From Lama glama (taxonomy: Eukaryota), in assembly GCA_028534125.1 (NCBI GenBank), contig CM052816.1:34536001-34600000 (forward strand): 64,000 bases of DNA, written 5' to 3'. The translations under genes and the position numbers were made by a program. Positions 13,030 through 25,950 of this stretch are shown here, in pieces. Under the pieces are notes generated by a model. It saw only the letters and a program-made list of their open reading frames with translations, did no database searches and was not told the DNA's origin. Each line of letters begins with the position of its first letter. Within the stretch, counting starts at the first letter, position 1.

Positions 13030-14007
13030 AAAGCCAGATTTTGATACAAAGGATTCATGGCTTCAAAAAGGCTATTATGCTGAAAGACTTCTGTGTCTGT
13101 CACAGTGAGAGGCTCACACTGGAATATTTTCCTAATGGCCACAAGATTCACTCAAGGAAAAGAGACCCAATCTCATTTTCACCCTCACATATACTATTCT
13201 AAAAGCAATTTTTAAAAAGTAAATAGATTTGATTGAGCACAGAGTAATGACCTTCCTTTATTTAAAAGGCTATATTATTTTTCTAGCAGAGCTGAGTAGT
13301 TTATATTACAACACAACGTTTTATTTTAATGCATTACATGCTACTAACTTTTAAGTGAAGAAATTAAACTTTAAAAGCACCAAAATTAGAAGTATGGGTA
13401 GCTTGGTTTAATGAGATACTTCCATCATTAGAATAATTTTATTCTAAGAAAAAAAATTCATTCTTTTGATTTTTATTTAAAAATCTTTCAATATAAATAT
13501 TCCTAATTAAAGTTTTCCTAAATCAAAAACATCAGAAAGATGCAAAGATGTGTATTCATCAGAAATGGGCAGTATTCACTATTATTGACATTGTTATTAA
13601 GGGAACAGATAATTACACTCTTTATGTGTTCCATTTCAATAAATGAGTCTTTGCAGTTGGGTTGCTTTTCTCACCAATTTATACAATAGAGACCATAAGT
13701 TTTATTATCAACAAAAGTACATGAAATCAATCAAACACAGTAGAAGGTTTTTATAATGAGGGCAAAGGAGATGGTAATAACAGTGTATTATACGTTATCC
13801 ATTGTATATTGATCTACTATTGTTCACATTCTATTAAGTTATAACACACAAGACACACAGTCAAAGTTCCAGCATTTTTAAGATTTTGATCTAGTTTGAA
13901 TGAATACCTTGAATAAGGATCATGTTGGCTGCTAAAACCCATTTATTCAATCCTTCAGCAACAAGCAAGTACTGCCTGTTGTCTTACAAAATGCATTATT
14001 TTCATAC

Positions 14008-14194
14008 CTGTTCTGGACATTTCCAGGATATATTGTTTCTGGGGGGACTCCCCAGGGACAACCGTATCTGCCTCCGGGAAGCCGTTTAAAATCAAACTGG
14101 CAGCATATTTTAGGATCAGGTCCGCAAGTATGAGGGATGTCATAGCTGTAGAAGGGCATCATGTGGCAAAAAATATCTGTGACAGATCCCAGAT
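14008..14194 (-). CDS. MAN2A1: MAN2A1 exon 7 equivalent, 187 bp
   Basis: (D)[61 protein letters not shown](R). Acceptor attttag|ATC, donor CAG|gtatga. Confidence 0.98.
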
Positions 14195-16035
14195 CTAAAA
14201 TAAAGAGCCAACAGACAAACCTGCATTTATACATTTTCTTTTCCCAAAACTGTTCAAAATGCCAGTACTTTATATATATACAATGCAAGCTCTACCCTAA
14301 ACCAACAACCCCTTTAACTACTAGTACATACAGCCCAGCAGCATTTAATGACGACCAGCCAGAAGGAAGATACTCACATCTCAGCCTCTATCTACCTCTT
14401 CCATCTAACTAGGCTGAGACAGAAAAGCCCCACCATAAAGCAGCATCTGCTGACCTGGAGGGATATAAACTGAGCAGACGCAAAAGTTATAACTGGTTCA
14501 TCCAAAATTATGGCCATGTCTATCCCTGGCTGCCAGCTCCTGTCACATCTGTTCCTATCTCAGGTAAGAGGACACCCTGAGAGAGACCATTAGCTGCAGA
14601 GGCTGAGTTAGAAGAAGAGAGGAAGGGAGTAAAAGGGGGAAGGGAAAGAATAAAGGAAGAAGGGGAGGGAGTTGTGAAATACTGAGAAAATACTTGTCTC
14701 ACAGTGACAAGAAGGAAGTGCACCCAGGAGAGTTTGTGAAGCCTTCCTGATGTTCACCAATAAAAGCCAGTATGACTTCATTAGAGGGAAAGTAGAAGTA
14801 ATTTTCAAAAGCAAAACCAAGAATAAAAACCAAGCAAACAACAGAAATAAATCAAGCAGCAGTTCCTGATGCAGAATTGTTTTGAACTAAAAACTCAAAG
14901 CCAGTTATGTGTGATACCACTGTTCATGAGACGTCAGAAGCCTACCACCAAGTGAGACTGGACAATTTCACCAGGAGTTAAAAGCAGCTGTCTTTTTATG
15001 ATCCTGACCTGTAGATACCTCTTCCCCTTTACATACAGATTTCGAGTTCTCAGCAATGGGTATGTATTACTTTTATAATAAAGACAGACAATAAGAAAAA
15101 ACAAAAAAGCAACATGTATCTTTTAAAAACTGAAAACAACTGCTTCACTAAGAACCAGAACACATAAAGAAGCTTAACTTAATTCCAAAATATAGTTTTA
15201 AAGCAACATGTCCAAATCTACTGGGTGAGTCCTAAAATATTCCAGTTTTATCTCATATTCCATTTCATTAAAATAATCACCAGTTCTTTTCCAAATTTTA
15301 AAGCTATTATAATCTGTATATTTCTGTGCTGTAAGTTGTTTCACTGAATCAGATTCACAACTGTGACACCACGGATGCAGGTCACTAATGCTTGCTGTCT
15401 GCAGAGAGGTTGTCACAGTCCAAGAACTGCTGGCAACTCCCCACTTGTTCCTCCTATGGATCAAGGACTATCTCTCCCTTCACCCTACTACTTAGCAGCT
15501 CATTTACACATTTCAGGTCATCTACTGCATTTGGTGGTGTCTATCTTTTATCAAAATAGATTATAATTGTCTTATAGGCAAGGATGCTTTCTCTATTTCT
15601 TCTTAGCATGGTATTAAGTACATAAAAGTACCCAGTAATTTCTTGCTAACTGATATTTATGGGCAATTTGAATGTAAGCAATAGTTTAAGTAGGGCTTCT
15701 TCAAACTAATAATCCTTGTTTTAAAAATTAATATGCTCCTTTGCAGTCGATCAAATTATACAGAATACAACCCCCTACAAGGTCTTGTTTTCCCTACAGG
15801 TTTAATTTTCTGGGATAAAAAGTTACATAGTTAATTTGTCTCCTTATTGAAAAAACAACAGTACACATAAGAAAGATACTGTTTAGGTTTACAAATGATT
15901 TTTCCAAAACACTTCAGGAGGGTCTAGATTACACAGGGAAAAAATTATGATGTAATGCAGTAATTTCTGGACATTGCTTTAGCAATTAAATTAAATCCTT
16001 TTTTCAGATGAAATCTTACTGAGAACTCAACTCTG

Positions 16036-16293
16036 GGATGGCAGTGCATTAGGGTTAAGCACCTGGGCTTCGGAACTACACAGAACTGGATCCAAATCTT
16101 GGTTCTGTACCTACTACCTGTATGATTTTTGACAAATGGCTTCACATACTTAAGCCTCCATTCCTTCACCATTTAAGGGGATAATAATGGAACCTAATTT
16201 AAAGGACAATTATAAAGATTCAGTGAAAGAGTGGGTATAAAGCATAATACACAATGCACGGCCCAAAATAAGGACTCAACAAATAAAAATTAG
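16036..16293 (+). mobile_element. MIR SINE, near full length
   Basis: ggttaagcacctgggcttcggaac...ggatccaaatcttggttctgtacctactacctgtatgatt...aagcctccattccttcaccatttaaggggataataat...ctcaacaaata. Confidence 0.85.
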
Positions 16294-16895
16294 TAAGAAA
16301 ACAAGGTGTTGTGAATTATATGGGGGTTGAAAAAGGCAGAGGCCTCTCAGGAGGCCTAACTGTGTTCAAGTCTCCCCCAGCAAAGAGCACCAGAAGTATG
16401 TCCTTGGAATGCCTGGGTGACCACAGGACAGTGTGAAAACAAGCAACAAAGGTAACAGGAGGGCTGTTCTAGGAGGACAGAATTAAGGTTTTAAAAGGAA
16501 GTTCTTACTAGATGCAGAGACAGGAGAGACAGAAGAAAGAAACACTGGCTAAATATGAGTATATGACTGGACATCAGTTCTAATGCATGTTGAACTTTGT
16601 GACAAAACAGGTACTTTTAAAAACAGAAGCAAGGGAAAGCATTATTTGTAAAGACTAATTTCTTATATTTATTTACTTCCTTTTGGCTTAAAAAAGAATC
16701 TACAATGTTCTATAGATATCTTCACCACTGCTTAAAAGAATCTTGACACAAATATATTAGAAAAATAATCATCTGTATCTTTAGTTAACCTGATTTTCAA
16801 GACTGACACCCTGAATGAAATCCATCACATGAGTTCATAACCCCTGTGAAATAACATCTAAGTAAGATCTTCAACTTTCATCAAATCCTACATAC

Positions 16896-17069
16896 CCCAA
16901 TTCTGTCTCCAAAAAAACTCCAGCGTTTTATGCAACGCAAAATGTTTTTTAACTGCATAATGAACCCTCTGGATAAGCATGTGAGAAAATCCAGCACGTT
17001 TTAGAAGATAAGTCATTGTTGGTGAATGTCCAAAAGGATCAACAGCCCAGCCAGACCGAGGTTTCACTC
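16896..17069 (-). CDS. MAN2A1: MAN2A1 exon 6 equivalent, 174 bp; contains catalytic nucleophile Asp (DPFGHS)
   Basis: Hand-translated, absent from the ORF track: (G)[57 protein letters not shown]. Acceptor tcaacag|GAG, donor GGG|gtatgt. Confidence 0.98.
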
Positions 17070-19795
17070 CTGTTGATAAAGAAAATAAATGTTATTTTTG
17101 TAAAACAGATAAATGAAATAGAAATCACACACATTCAGACCCATCAGAGTTCCTTGGTCTCCTGGATTCTGAGATACAGGGGCTGTCTGTCCAGCATCAC
17201 TCTTGGTGAGCACTCCCAGCAGGACACCCTGAAAGGAGGAGTCTACCACTACCACGTCCTCCTGGACAGGGTGACTCACACTGGAAGTTATTCAGTTGGA
17301 GCTGACATAAGCACTATGCCATCTTATAGATATCAGAAAGCTAGTGCACTCAGTGGAGCTAGAGAAACAAACGGGACCAAGTCACTGCTCTCTAGAATCT
17401 AGCAGTCCTGTCTCCTGCAGAGCTGGATAACCCAGCTACTCGCTGTCATACAACACAGAAAAGTAACCTAGCTGGTTTCACCTTGTATTCCCCAACCCCA
17501 ACAATAGGATCTGTAGGCTATCTTTTATATACCCTACAATAGCCCCAAATCATCTTATTATAAAGTAGCAGAACTGGTCAAAGTAAATGGATACTTCATT
17601 AAATCTTAAGACATTTTGATGCTGGTGCTTTCTATCTTGAAGAGGTCAACAGAATTTTTTACACCTAACTCAAACCAATTATAGGAACCAGGGACTAATG
17701 ATATATATCTCAATTTCAAAGAGGATAAAATGAAAAAAAAAGTATAGATTATAAACGTACAGATTAGAATTAATGAAATAAGATTGTTCACTGGGCATTA
17801 TACAAATCTAATCTTCTGTTTATTCAGGATTCTCAAAGAAGGCTTCTACATACAACCTATAAATCGACGTAAGTAACATTATTGTGCACACTTTTTTTTT
17901 TCACTCAAACACCTGTTTCTCACCTTCCATACACCTAAGACTAGGAGAGGCCCTAGGATTACAAAAATGAGTTAATCTTGATCCTGATTCTAGTTGCAGA
18001 GATTATCATGCAAATAGGTATAACACAGAATAACAGAAAAGAGAGCAGAGAGAAGAAATCTGCAGAAAATACTGAAGATTAACACAGAAATGGGAAGCCA
18101 GGAAAGGAGACTGAGGAGGAAAAGTCAGATTCTTGGAGGACCAAGACTATGTGTCAGAACTCAAAGAATTGACCATATAAAATTTATGCATTTCACATAC
18201 ATAATTTACCTCCAAGAATTGTAAAGAAATCTCAAACTCTATCTAGTAATTTTGTTTTTTTGTGGTGGTACAGATATAGCAATTCTGAAACTATCTCTCT
18301 CATGTATTCCAGGACTGAGCAAATTAGGATAAGAGAGCCAAGTTTCACACTGTTAAGAAAAGGAACAACAAAATAAGTAAATGTGAGAGAGTAGAATGTA
18401 GTTTATGATACTGAATTGAAATAGGAGATAGTAGTACTAACTTATGAATAAATACATATACACATAAATATATATATATTTAAACAAACAATACATATAT
18501 AAACATATACACACACATTGCCTTGCTCAGTGCACTAGGGGAGGCCTAGATGCAGTAACACCTCAGTTCCAACCTTAGCTCCTGGCTCTTGACCTCTAAA
18601 TGCCTTGCTCAGTTAAAAATGACCTTCAGACAATGGTTTATACCAGGGCTGAGGTCAGCAAAGTACAAGATTATGCAGGAACATATCCTTGGGGCATATC
18701 CTTGGGTTAAAGAGTCATGGGAACACATTACAATAACCCAGGAGATAGCTTGAAGGGCTTCCACTGCCCAAATTTGGGACAATTGGGGTGTCAAAATAAA
18801 TAATGATAGTACTGGACTACAACCCACTGAATAACATAAGAATCCATGAGCTCATAAACAAATAGGAAATAAAAAGAAAAGCTCTTCCTTTTAGCAGAAT
18901 GCTAACAAATAATTATAGAAGGAACGACATAGTTAGGCAATCATCACTGGATCCTGAAAGTAAAACATGAAAGTGTGATAAGGAACAAGGGATTTACCTA
19001 TTCTTAATGTATCTCCTACAAATTAGTTACTAATTAGGAAGAGGGGAACAGTACAGTGAAGAAACTTAAAAACTACAACTTAAACAACTGACTGAGGACA
19101 TCGTCACTAACATGGGAGCAAAGCTATATATCCCGGGCCTCCTGATAGGATGCAGTGAGGACAACAGAAAACAACGGCAGTGATATTCTAGCAATAAATA
19201 GATTAGGTTAGATTACACAGATAGATCAGACAGATTAACCTCAAGCTAATCATAAGGAAACAAACTCAAATTAAGAGGCTTTCTACAACAGAGGTCTGTA
19301 CTTCTCAAAAATATCAAGGTCAAGAAATCCAGAGAAAGGCTGAGGAACTGTTCCAGGTTAAGAAGACCAAAGAGACATGACAACTAAATACAATACATGA
19401 CCCTGGGTTGGATCCTGGACTAGGAGGGAAAAAAAGGAGCTTTTATTAAAGAACACTGTTGAAATAATCGATGGAATTTGAATATAGCCTATGAACTAGA
19501 TTGTAGTATCACTGCTAACAGTCTTGATTTTTTATTATCTTCTGCTTACCTATGAAAATACCCTTAATTCTTAGGCAGTAACACAACGAAGTATTGAGAG
19601 ATAAAGGGTCAAGATATCTCCAACTTACTCTCAAAGGGTTCAGAAAAACATGCATGTGAATCTAATTAGTCATCCTTTGGTATCCAAGGGAGATTGGTTC
19701 CAGGACACCTGAAGATACCAAAATCCTTGGATGTCAAGTGCCTTATATAAAATGGTGTAGTATTTGCATATAACCTACACACATCCTCCCACATA

Positions 19796-21362
19796 CAGGC
19801 ATACCTCAGAGATATTGTGGGTTCAGTTCTAGACCATTGCAATAGAGTGAATATTGCAATAAGGTCAGACAAAGTTTTTGGTTTCCAGTACATATAAAAG
19901 TTATGTTTACTGTAGTCTATTAAGTGTACAATAGCATTATGTCTAAAAGATGTGCAGACCTTAATTTAAAAAATACTTTATATGTGGAGAAAAGGGAACC
20001 CTTGTTGGTGGGAATGTAAATTGGTACAGCCATTATGGAGAATAGTGTGGAGAATTCTCAAAAAATTAAAAGGAGAACTACCATATGACTAGCAATTCCA
20101 CTCCTGGGTATTTATCTGAAGAAAACAAAAAAACTAATTTGAAAAGATATATGCCCCACCCAAGATATGGAAGCAACCTAAGTGTCCATGGATGGATCAA
20201 TGAGTAATGAAAATGTGGCACAATGGAATCCTATTCAGGTGTATAAAAGAATGAAAATTTGCCATTTTCAACATCAATGGACCTTGAGGGCATTTTGCTG
20301 ATGAAACAAATCAGACAGAGAAAGACAAATACTGTATGATTTCCCTTATATGCAGAATCTAAAAAAACTAAACAAAATACCAAACAGAAACAGGGTCATA
20401 AATACAGAGAACAAAAAGGCAGTTGCCAGAAGGGAGGGGGCTGGGACGAGGAAAGAAATAGGTGAGGGAGATTAAGAGGTACAAACTTCCAGCTGCAAAA
20501 TAAATGAGTCATGGGAATGAAAAGTACAGTGTGGGGAATACAGTCAATAACTACGTAATATCTGTGCATGGTGACATAATCTTATCTAGACTTACCATGG
20601 TGATCAATTTGAAATGTCCAGAAATATTGAATCACTATGTTGTATACCAGGAACTAACATAGTGTTGGAGGTCAATTATATTTCAAAAACAAACTCATAG
20701 AAACAGAGAGCAGATCTATGGTTACTAGAGTTGGGTGTGGGGGGGAACTGAATGAAGTCAGTCAAAAGGTACAAACTTCCAGTTTTAAGCACTAGGAATG
20801 TAATGTACAACACAATAAATATAATGAACACTGCTGCTATAGGTTATATATGGAAGTTGTTAAGAGAGTAAACCCTAAGAATTCTCTTGACAAGAAAAAA
20901 ATTTTTCTGTTTCTTTCATTTTGTGTCTATATGAGATGACAGATGTTCACTAAACTTACTGAGATAATTATTTCATGATATATACAAGTCAGATCATTAT
21001 GCTGTATACCTTAAATGTATACAGTGCTGATACCAATTATATCTCAATAAAACTGGAAGAAAAACAAAACAAAATAAAACTTTACTGCCCCAAAATGCTA
21101 GCCATCACCTGAGCCTTCAGTAAGTCATAATCTTTCTGCAAAAGCAACATAGATCACTGATCACAGATCACCATAACAAACATAATAATGATGAAAAAGT
21201 CTGAAACATTCCAAGAATTACCAAAATGTGACACAAAGACACAAAGTGAACAAATGTGTGGAAAAATGACACCAATAGACTTGCTCAACACAGGGTTGTA
21301 AGAAACTTTTAGTTCGTAAAACATGCAGTATATGAGAAGCACAGTAAAATGAGGTATGCCTG
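19796..21362 (-). mobile_element. Internally deleted Tigger1 derivative split by an L1
   Basis: Perfect TIRs CAGGCATACCTC...GAGGTATGCCTG with TA on both sides. Arms are reverse-complement homologs of the ends of the Tigger1 at 42938-45311. Confidence 0.9.
19982..21075 (+). mobile_element. 5'-truncated L1 (L1MA-like/laurasiatherian) with tandemly repeated 3'UTR module
   Basis: Starts atgtggagaaaagggaaccc (ORF2 end) and ends tatctcaataaaactggaag plus an A-rich tail. Degenerate TSD aaaatacttta / aaaacttta. Confidence 0.88.
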
Positions 21363-22569
21363 TAATTTAAATCATCTCTAGATTACTTATAATATCTAGT
21401 ACAACATAAATGCTATGTAAACAGTTGTAAATACTATGTAAATACGATGTAAGTAGTTGCTACGCATGGCAAATTCAAGTTTTGCAGTTTGGAGCTTTCT
21501 GGAATTTTTTTTTTCAATTTTTTCCCATCCGTGATTGGTTGAATTGTCAGATGCGGAACCAGTGAATACTGAGGCCAACTATACAGGATATATAGGAGCC
21601 CTTCCCAAATGTTATCATGCAACTCTTCATAAATTTGAAATTAAATCAAAATTAAGTTATGAAATAAAAATGGAGTACATGTTGTCCCAAATAACAAGGG
21701 CAGAATAAGCTTACAAATAAGCGTAAAGGTCAATATGAAAGGCTCTAGTGATGATGGAGATTTCAGCACCACTGGTGACCTTTCCTATGTCAAAAATCAC
21801 TTGATACACAGGAGTAGCAACCTAGCTACAACAGGTTAAAGAGTCCCTGAGAAGTGATGTAGAAAAAAGAACGTTTAACTACGTTTTTAAAAACTGATAT
21901 GAAAGCAGGTGAAAGCTAGGGAGAGACTTACAGAGGAACCCAGTATTTTCCTTGGTATAAACAAATATTTTTTTTAAAGGGGTAAGTGACAAATTTAGGG
22001 AAAAGTGTACTACAAGAAAAATCCAAAGTTTTATGAAGAGGGCCCATCTACCAATAAAACCAGGAAAGATTTTGTGTCTTCATGCAAGAGTAAGATTGTC
22101 AAAACATATAAAAGTAAAATACAAGAAAAATTCCAGGAAAAAAATCATTAAAAAGAGTAATATTGTAACAAATTGTAACTCATATTGTAACAAATCTAAT
22201 AGACTTAAAAATTAGAACATAAGTATTATAAATAATATAATTAATGAAATTGGATTTTTCCAAATATATTTAATCTTTAAGCTTAAGGGAAGTCAGAGAA
22301 CAGTTACAAAATGGATATTCTGGGCAAATGACAACTTTTAAAAGCTCAAACTTAAAGTTTCTAATGGTCAAATTTGTATAATAAAGTTCATAAAGGCATA
22401 AATTAACAATCAAAGACTAAACAATTTAAAAAGTATCCCATAACCAAATGCAAAAATAAAGTCTCCAAAACAATATGTTGTTCCAAACTGTTCAGAAAAC
22501 AAAACTGAGAACACTAATTATAAGGCGCAGTCAAGGCTACAATAAGGAACCTCATATTCTCAAGTGCGT

Positions 22570-23995
22570 TCACTGAGTGTAAGAGCTAAAACTATAAAAC
22601 TCCTAGGAAAAAATACAGTATAAATCTCTACAACCTTGGGTTAAACAATAATTTCTTAGCTATGACAACAAAAATGTAAGTGGCAAAAGAAAAAATAGAT
22701 AAAATGGATTTCATCAGAATTAAAATTTTTTTGCATTAATGGTTACCTTCAAGAAACTGAAAAGACAACTCACAGAACGGAAAAAAAATTTGCAAATCAT
22801 TGTCTGACAATGAACTTGAATCAAGAATCTATGAAGAACTCTTACAAATCAACAATCAAAGGACAAAGAACTCAATTCTAGAAGTAGGCAAATGATGTGA
22901 ATAGATATTTCTCCAAAAAAGATACATAAATAGCCAAGAGCCACATTAAAAAGATGCTTAACAGTCTTTCGGGAAATGCAAATCAAAACCATAACGAGAT
23001 CGCATTCCACACACACGAGTATGGCTAAAATAAAAAGGACAACAGCAAATGTTGAAAAGAGGTGGAGTACTTTGAACTCTCATACACTGCTGGTGGGAAT
23101 GTAAAATGATACAGCCATTTTGGAAAATAATTAGGCAGCTCCTCAAAATGTTAAACACACAGTTACCATGTGACCCTGCAATTCCACTGCTAGCTATACA
23201 CGCCAAAGAGATGAAAATTTTTGCCCTCACAAAAACGTATGTGCATAACAAGCAACATTATTCATAGCACCTAAAGAGAGAGCAACCTAAATGTTGCTTC
23301 AAGGGATTGCTTGAAGAGGGACAAACAATGGATAAACAAATGTGGCATATATCCATACGACAGCATATTATTCGGCCATAAAAAGGAACAAAGCACTGAC
23401 ACAGCTACCACCTGGATAAACCCTGGAAACATGCCGAGTGAAAAAAGCCTGTCGCAAAATGCCATGTTGTATGATTCCATTTGTGTGAACTGTCCACAGT
23501 AATCAAATCCATACATACAAAAAGGTTAGTGGTCACTGGGCCTGGGGCAGGGAAGGGAGGAGGCAGAAAGAGGTGTGACAACTAATGAGGAAGACGTTTC
23601 TTCTAGGGATGCTGAAAAAGTTCTAAAAATAAATAGTGGCTATGGTTACACAACTCTGAGAATACACTAAACACCACTAAGCTATGTAGTTTAAGTGGGT
23701 GAACTGCATGGTATGTAAACAATACAGTAGTAAGAAAGACACTTATGCTGAACAAAACAAGTCAGGTCTGAAAGAGTTATTCCATACATACGAAATTCTT
23801 AAATAAGCAAAAATAACCTACAGTAACAGAGAGCAAAGAGCAGGTGGCTGCAGAGGGAAAGTTGAGGGAATGAGGGACATTTCTAGGGTGATTAAAATAT
23901 GGGTCAAATGGGCGTAAACATTTGTCAAAGCTCAAAACTAAACAAGTAAGATTTAGATGTTGCAATGCATGTAAATTATACATCCATAAAAGCTA
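22570..23995 (+). mobile_element. L1MB-like distal ORF2 and 3'UTR, followed by an older L1M 3' fragment
   Basis: aagagctaaaactataaaactcctag, gggaaatgcaaatcaaaaccata, ctggtgggaatgtaaaatg, gtatgattccattt, atggttacacaactctgagaatacactaaa. Confidence 0.85.
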
Positions 23996-24084
23996 AACAT
24001 AAAGCAAAAAATCCACAAAAACTGAGATTTTTAAAGTAAATATTCTTGGATTAGAACATAATTATTTAAGAAAAGCGACACTGA

Positions 24085-24601
24085 GTAGGTGGTCCCCAAG
24101 TCCACCTCCAGGTTTAGTGACTTAAGAAAACTTACAGCTCTTGAAACAGTCATACTCACAGCTATCATTTATCACAGTGAAAGGACACAAAACAAAATGA
24201 GCAAAGAGAAAAGGCACACAGGGCAGAGTCCGTAGGAAACCAGGCACAAGCTTCTGAGAGTTCTCTCCCGGTGGAATCCCTAGGACACGTTTAATTCCTC
24301 CACGAATGAATGGTGACAACACCTGAAATGCTGTGAACCAAGGAAGCTCAGTGTCTTAAGGTTTTTACTGGGGGCCGGTCACATGGGCACCCTCTGTCTA
24401 GTATATAATATGATTCTAGACTTCCAGAAGGAAAATGAGTGTTTACCATAAACTATATTGCTTTCACAAATAGTTTAAACCTAGTGAGTCACTCATCATT
24501 TAGGAAATCCACGTCTTCAGACACCAGCCAAGGGCCAACTTTGCAAAACTTTTCTAAGTACAGAAGTTTCAGACCTGCTGTGTTAACTCTCTTTCTGCAC
24601 A
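24085..24601 (-). mobile_element. MER21-like ERV LTR
   Basis: ggaaaccaggcacaagcttc...tctcccggtggaatc, tttttactgggggccggtcacat, ccagccaagggccaac...gcctgctgtgttaactct-like end at tgcaca, matching recalled MER21. Confidence 0.7.
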
Positions 24602-24989
24602 GGCATGATATTTGCAACTTACTCTAATAACAATCACAACAATATCAATATGGAAAGATTAAAAAATGTAGCAAATATGTCAGAACTTTAATAATAAGTA
24701 AGTCTGGTTGACGGCTTCATGAGAGTTCTGTGCAGTATTCCTACAACTTTTAAATTTGAAATTATTCCAAAATAAAAAGTAAAGAAAGTATTAATGGGGT
24801 TGGAACAATTTTATCTCTAACAGAAGAATATTTTAAAATAATAAAGTATCTAGAAATAACTTCAATAAAAAACATGTATACTTACCATACAGAAAAACTG
24901 CAAAATCATACTGACATGAACTATTTGAAAACAATGACATACCATTTTGGAGAATGCAGATGTTAGAGACCACAGAGATTTCAGTTAGT

Positions 24990-25530
24990 TAGTCTCCTGT
25001 TCTTATGAGTTGTATGAACATCTGATTGTATCAGTTCTGAATCCCCTTCCCCATTGCTTGTGGTAAAAGGATCCTTCTTCCCCATGGAAGACGCATTCAC
25101 ATGATTCAGGTGAGACTGATCCTGCTCCAAACGCCTCTCCAGCCATGACCATTTCTACCAAACTAACCAAGCTCAATGAGTTCAGCTCCTAAACAGTTAA
25201 CTGGCTTAGAGATAAGCACTTAACCCAAAGTGGGTCAATTAGGTAAGATACTAAGTTGTTACACCAGTAAAATGAGAGTCAGTACTGGTTGCCTATGGCT
25301 ATCTTACTCCCCAGGAAAAGCCTCAAGCCATGCAATAATAAGCAGAGTCAAAAGAGACAGTGCCTAGACAACATAATTTGAGTCCCCTGGATCCAACCTG
25401 ACCTGAAGCTACCCTATCTCTGGAGTTCTCAATGACAAAATTAACCCTTTTCTTTCCTTCTTTCTTTTCTTTTTTTGTTGAAGCAAGTACATTAGGTGTT
25501 TGCCTCTTATGATCAGGAATCTTAATATAT
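24990..25530 (+). mobile_element. MLT1J/K-like MaLR LTR (degenerate)
   Basis: tttgagtcccctggatccaacctgacctgaagctaccc...tctggagttctca is a typical old MLT1 3' segment. Confidence 0.55.
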
Positions 25531-25822
25531 AACTAAAATCCCAGTGGGATAGTTTTTTAAAAATTCTAAAATTAATAAATAGGCAAAATTGATAAAATAA
25601 TAGGTGAAATAAGGTAGATTACTCTAAAAGTGACCGTAACATATCTCTGTAACTGAGTTTATAATCGAAGAAAACATCATAAAATAATGAAAAATCGTTT
25701 ATTCAATAATAATCAGTACTGAGAAAATTAGTTACTAAAAAAATGAAAGAGTTCCATCTCACATTCCCTAAAATTAATTGCCCAGAGTAGTCTGAATGAA
25801 GGGGAAAGATAACAATACATAC

Positions 25823-25950
25823 CTAGATTTTTTTCCAGCCACTGATGTCCTTCAATTAGTTGGTCGATTAAGGCAAAATAATGTGAAGCAGCTTCATCAG
25901 GCATAACCCAGCCACCTGTCACAATTTCAAACTGACCATTTTCTAGTAAA
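25823..25950 (-). CDS. MAN2A1: MAN2A1 exon 5 equivalent, 128 bp
   Basis: [42 protein letters not shown](G), containing the GH38 GGWVMPDE motif. Acceptor tcctctag|TTT, donor TAG|gtatgt. Confidence 0.98.

Larger units (their letters stand above)
19667..21581 (+). mobile_element. MER2/Tigger3-family MITE split by a Tigger1 derivative (arms 19667-19795 and 21363-21581)
   Basis: Left arm ggtatcc...gattggttccaggac...gataccaaaatcc...acacatcctccc; right arm tttaaatcatctctagattacttataata...ggttgaat...gatgcggaacc...gaggccaact. Confidence 0.85.
18140..21660 (+). mobile_element. Ancient L1MC/MD-type 3' region, interrupted at 19667-21583 by nested insertions
   Basis: aaaggctgaggaactgttccagg...agagacatgacaactaaatacaat...ggatcctggac and caacttactctcaaagggttcag. 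Resumes after the nest with ggatatataggag...aaatttgaaatt. Confidence 0.75.

Noticed and set aside
14330..15060. Purine-rich, LTR-like stretch; similar unassigned stretches at 17120-17520 and 59600-60480
   Set aside because: I could not assign a family or find termini or TSDs; left uncalled.
17016..17402. 128-aa antisense ORF overlapping exon 6, and similarly 58118-58516 overlapping exon 2
   Set aside because: Shadow frames with non-ATG starts and no homology I recognise.
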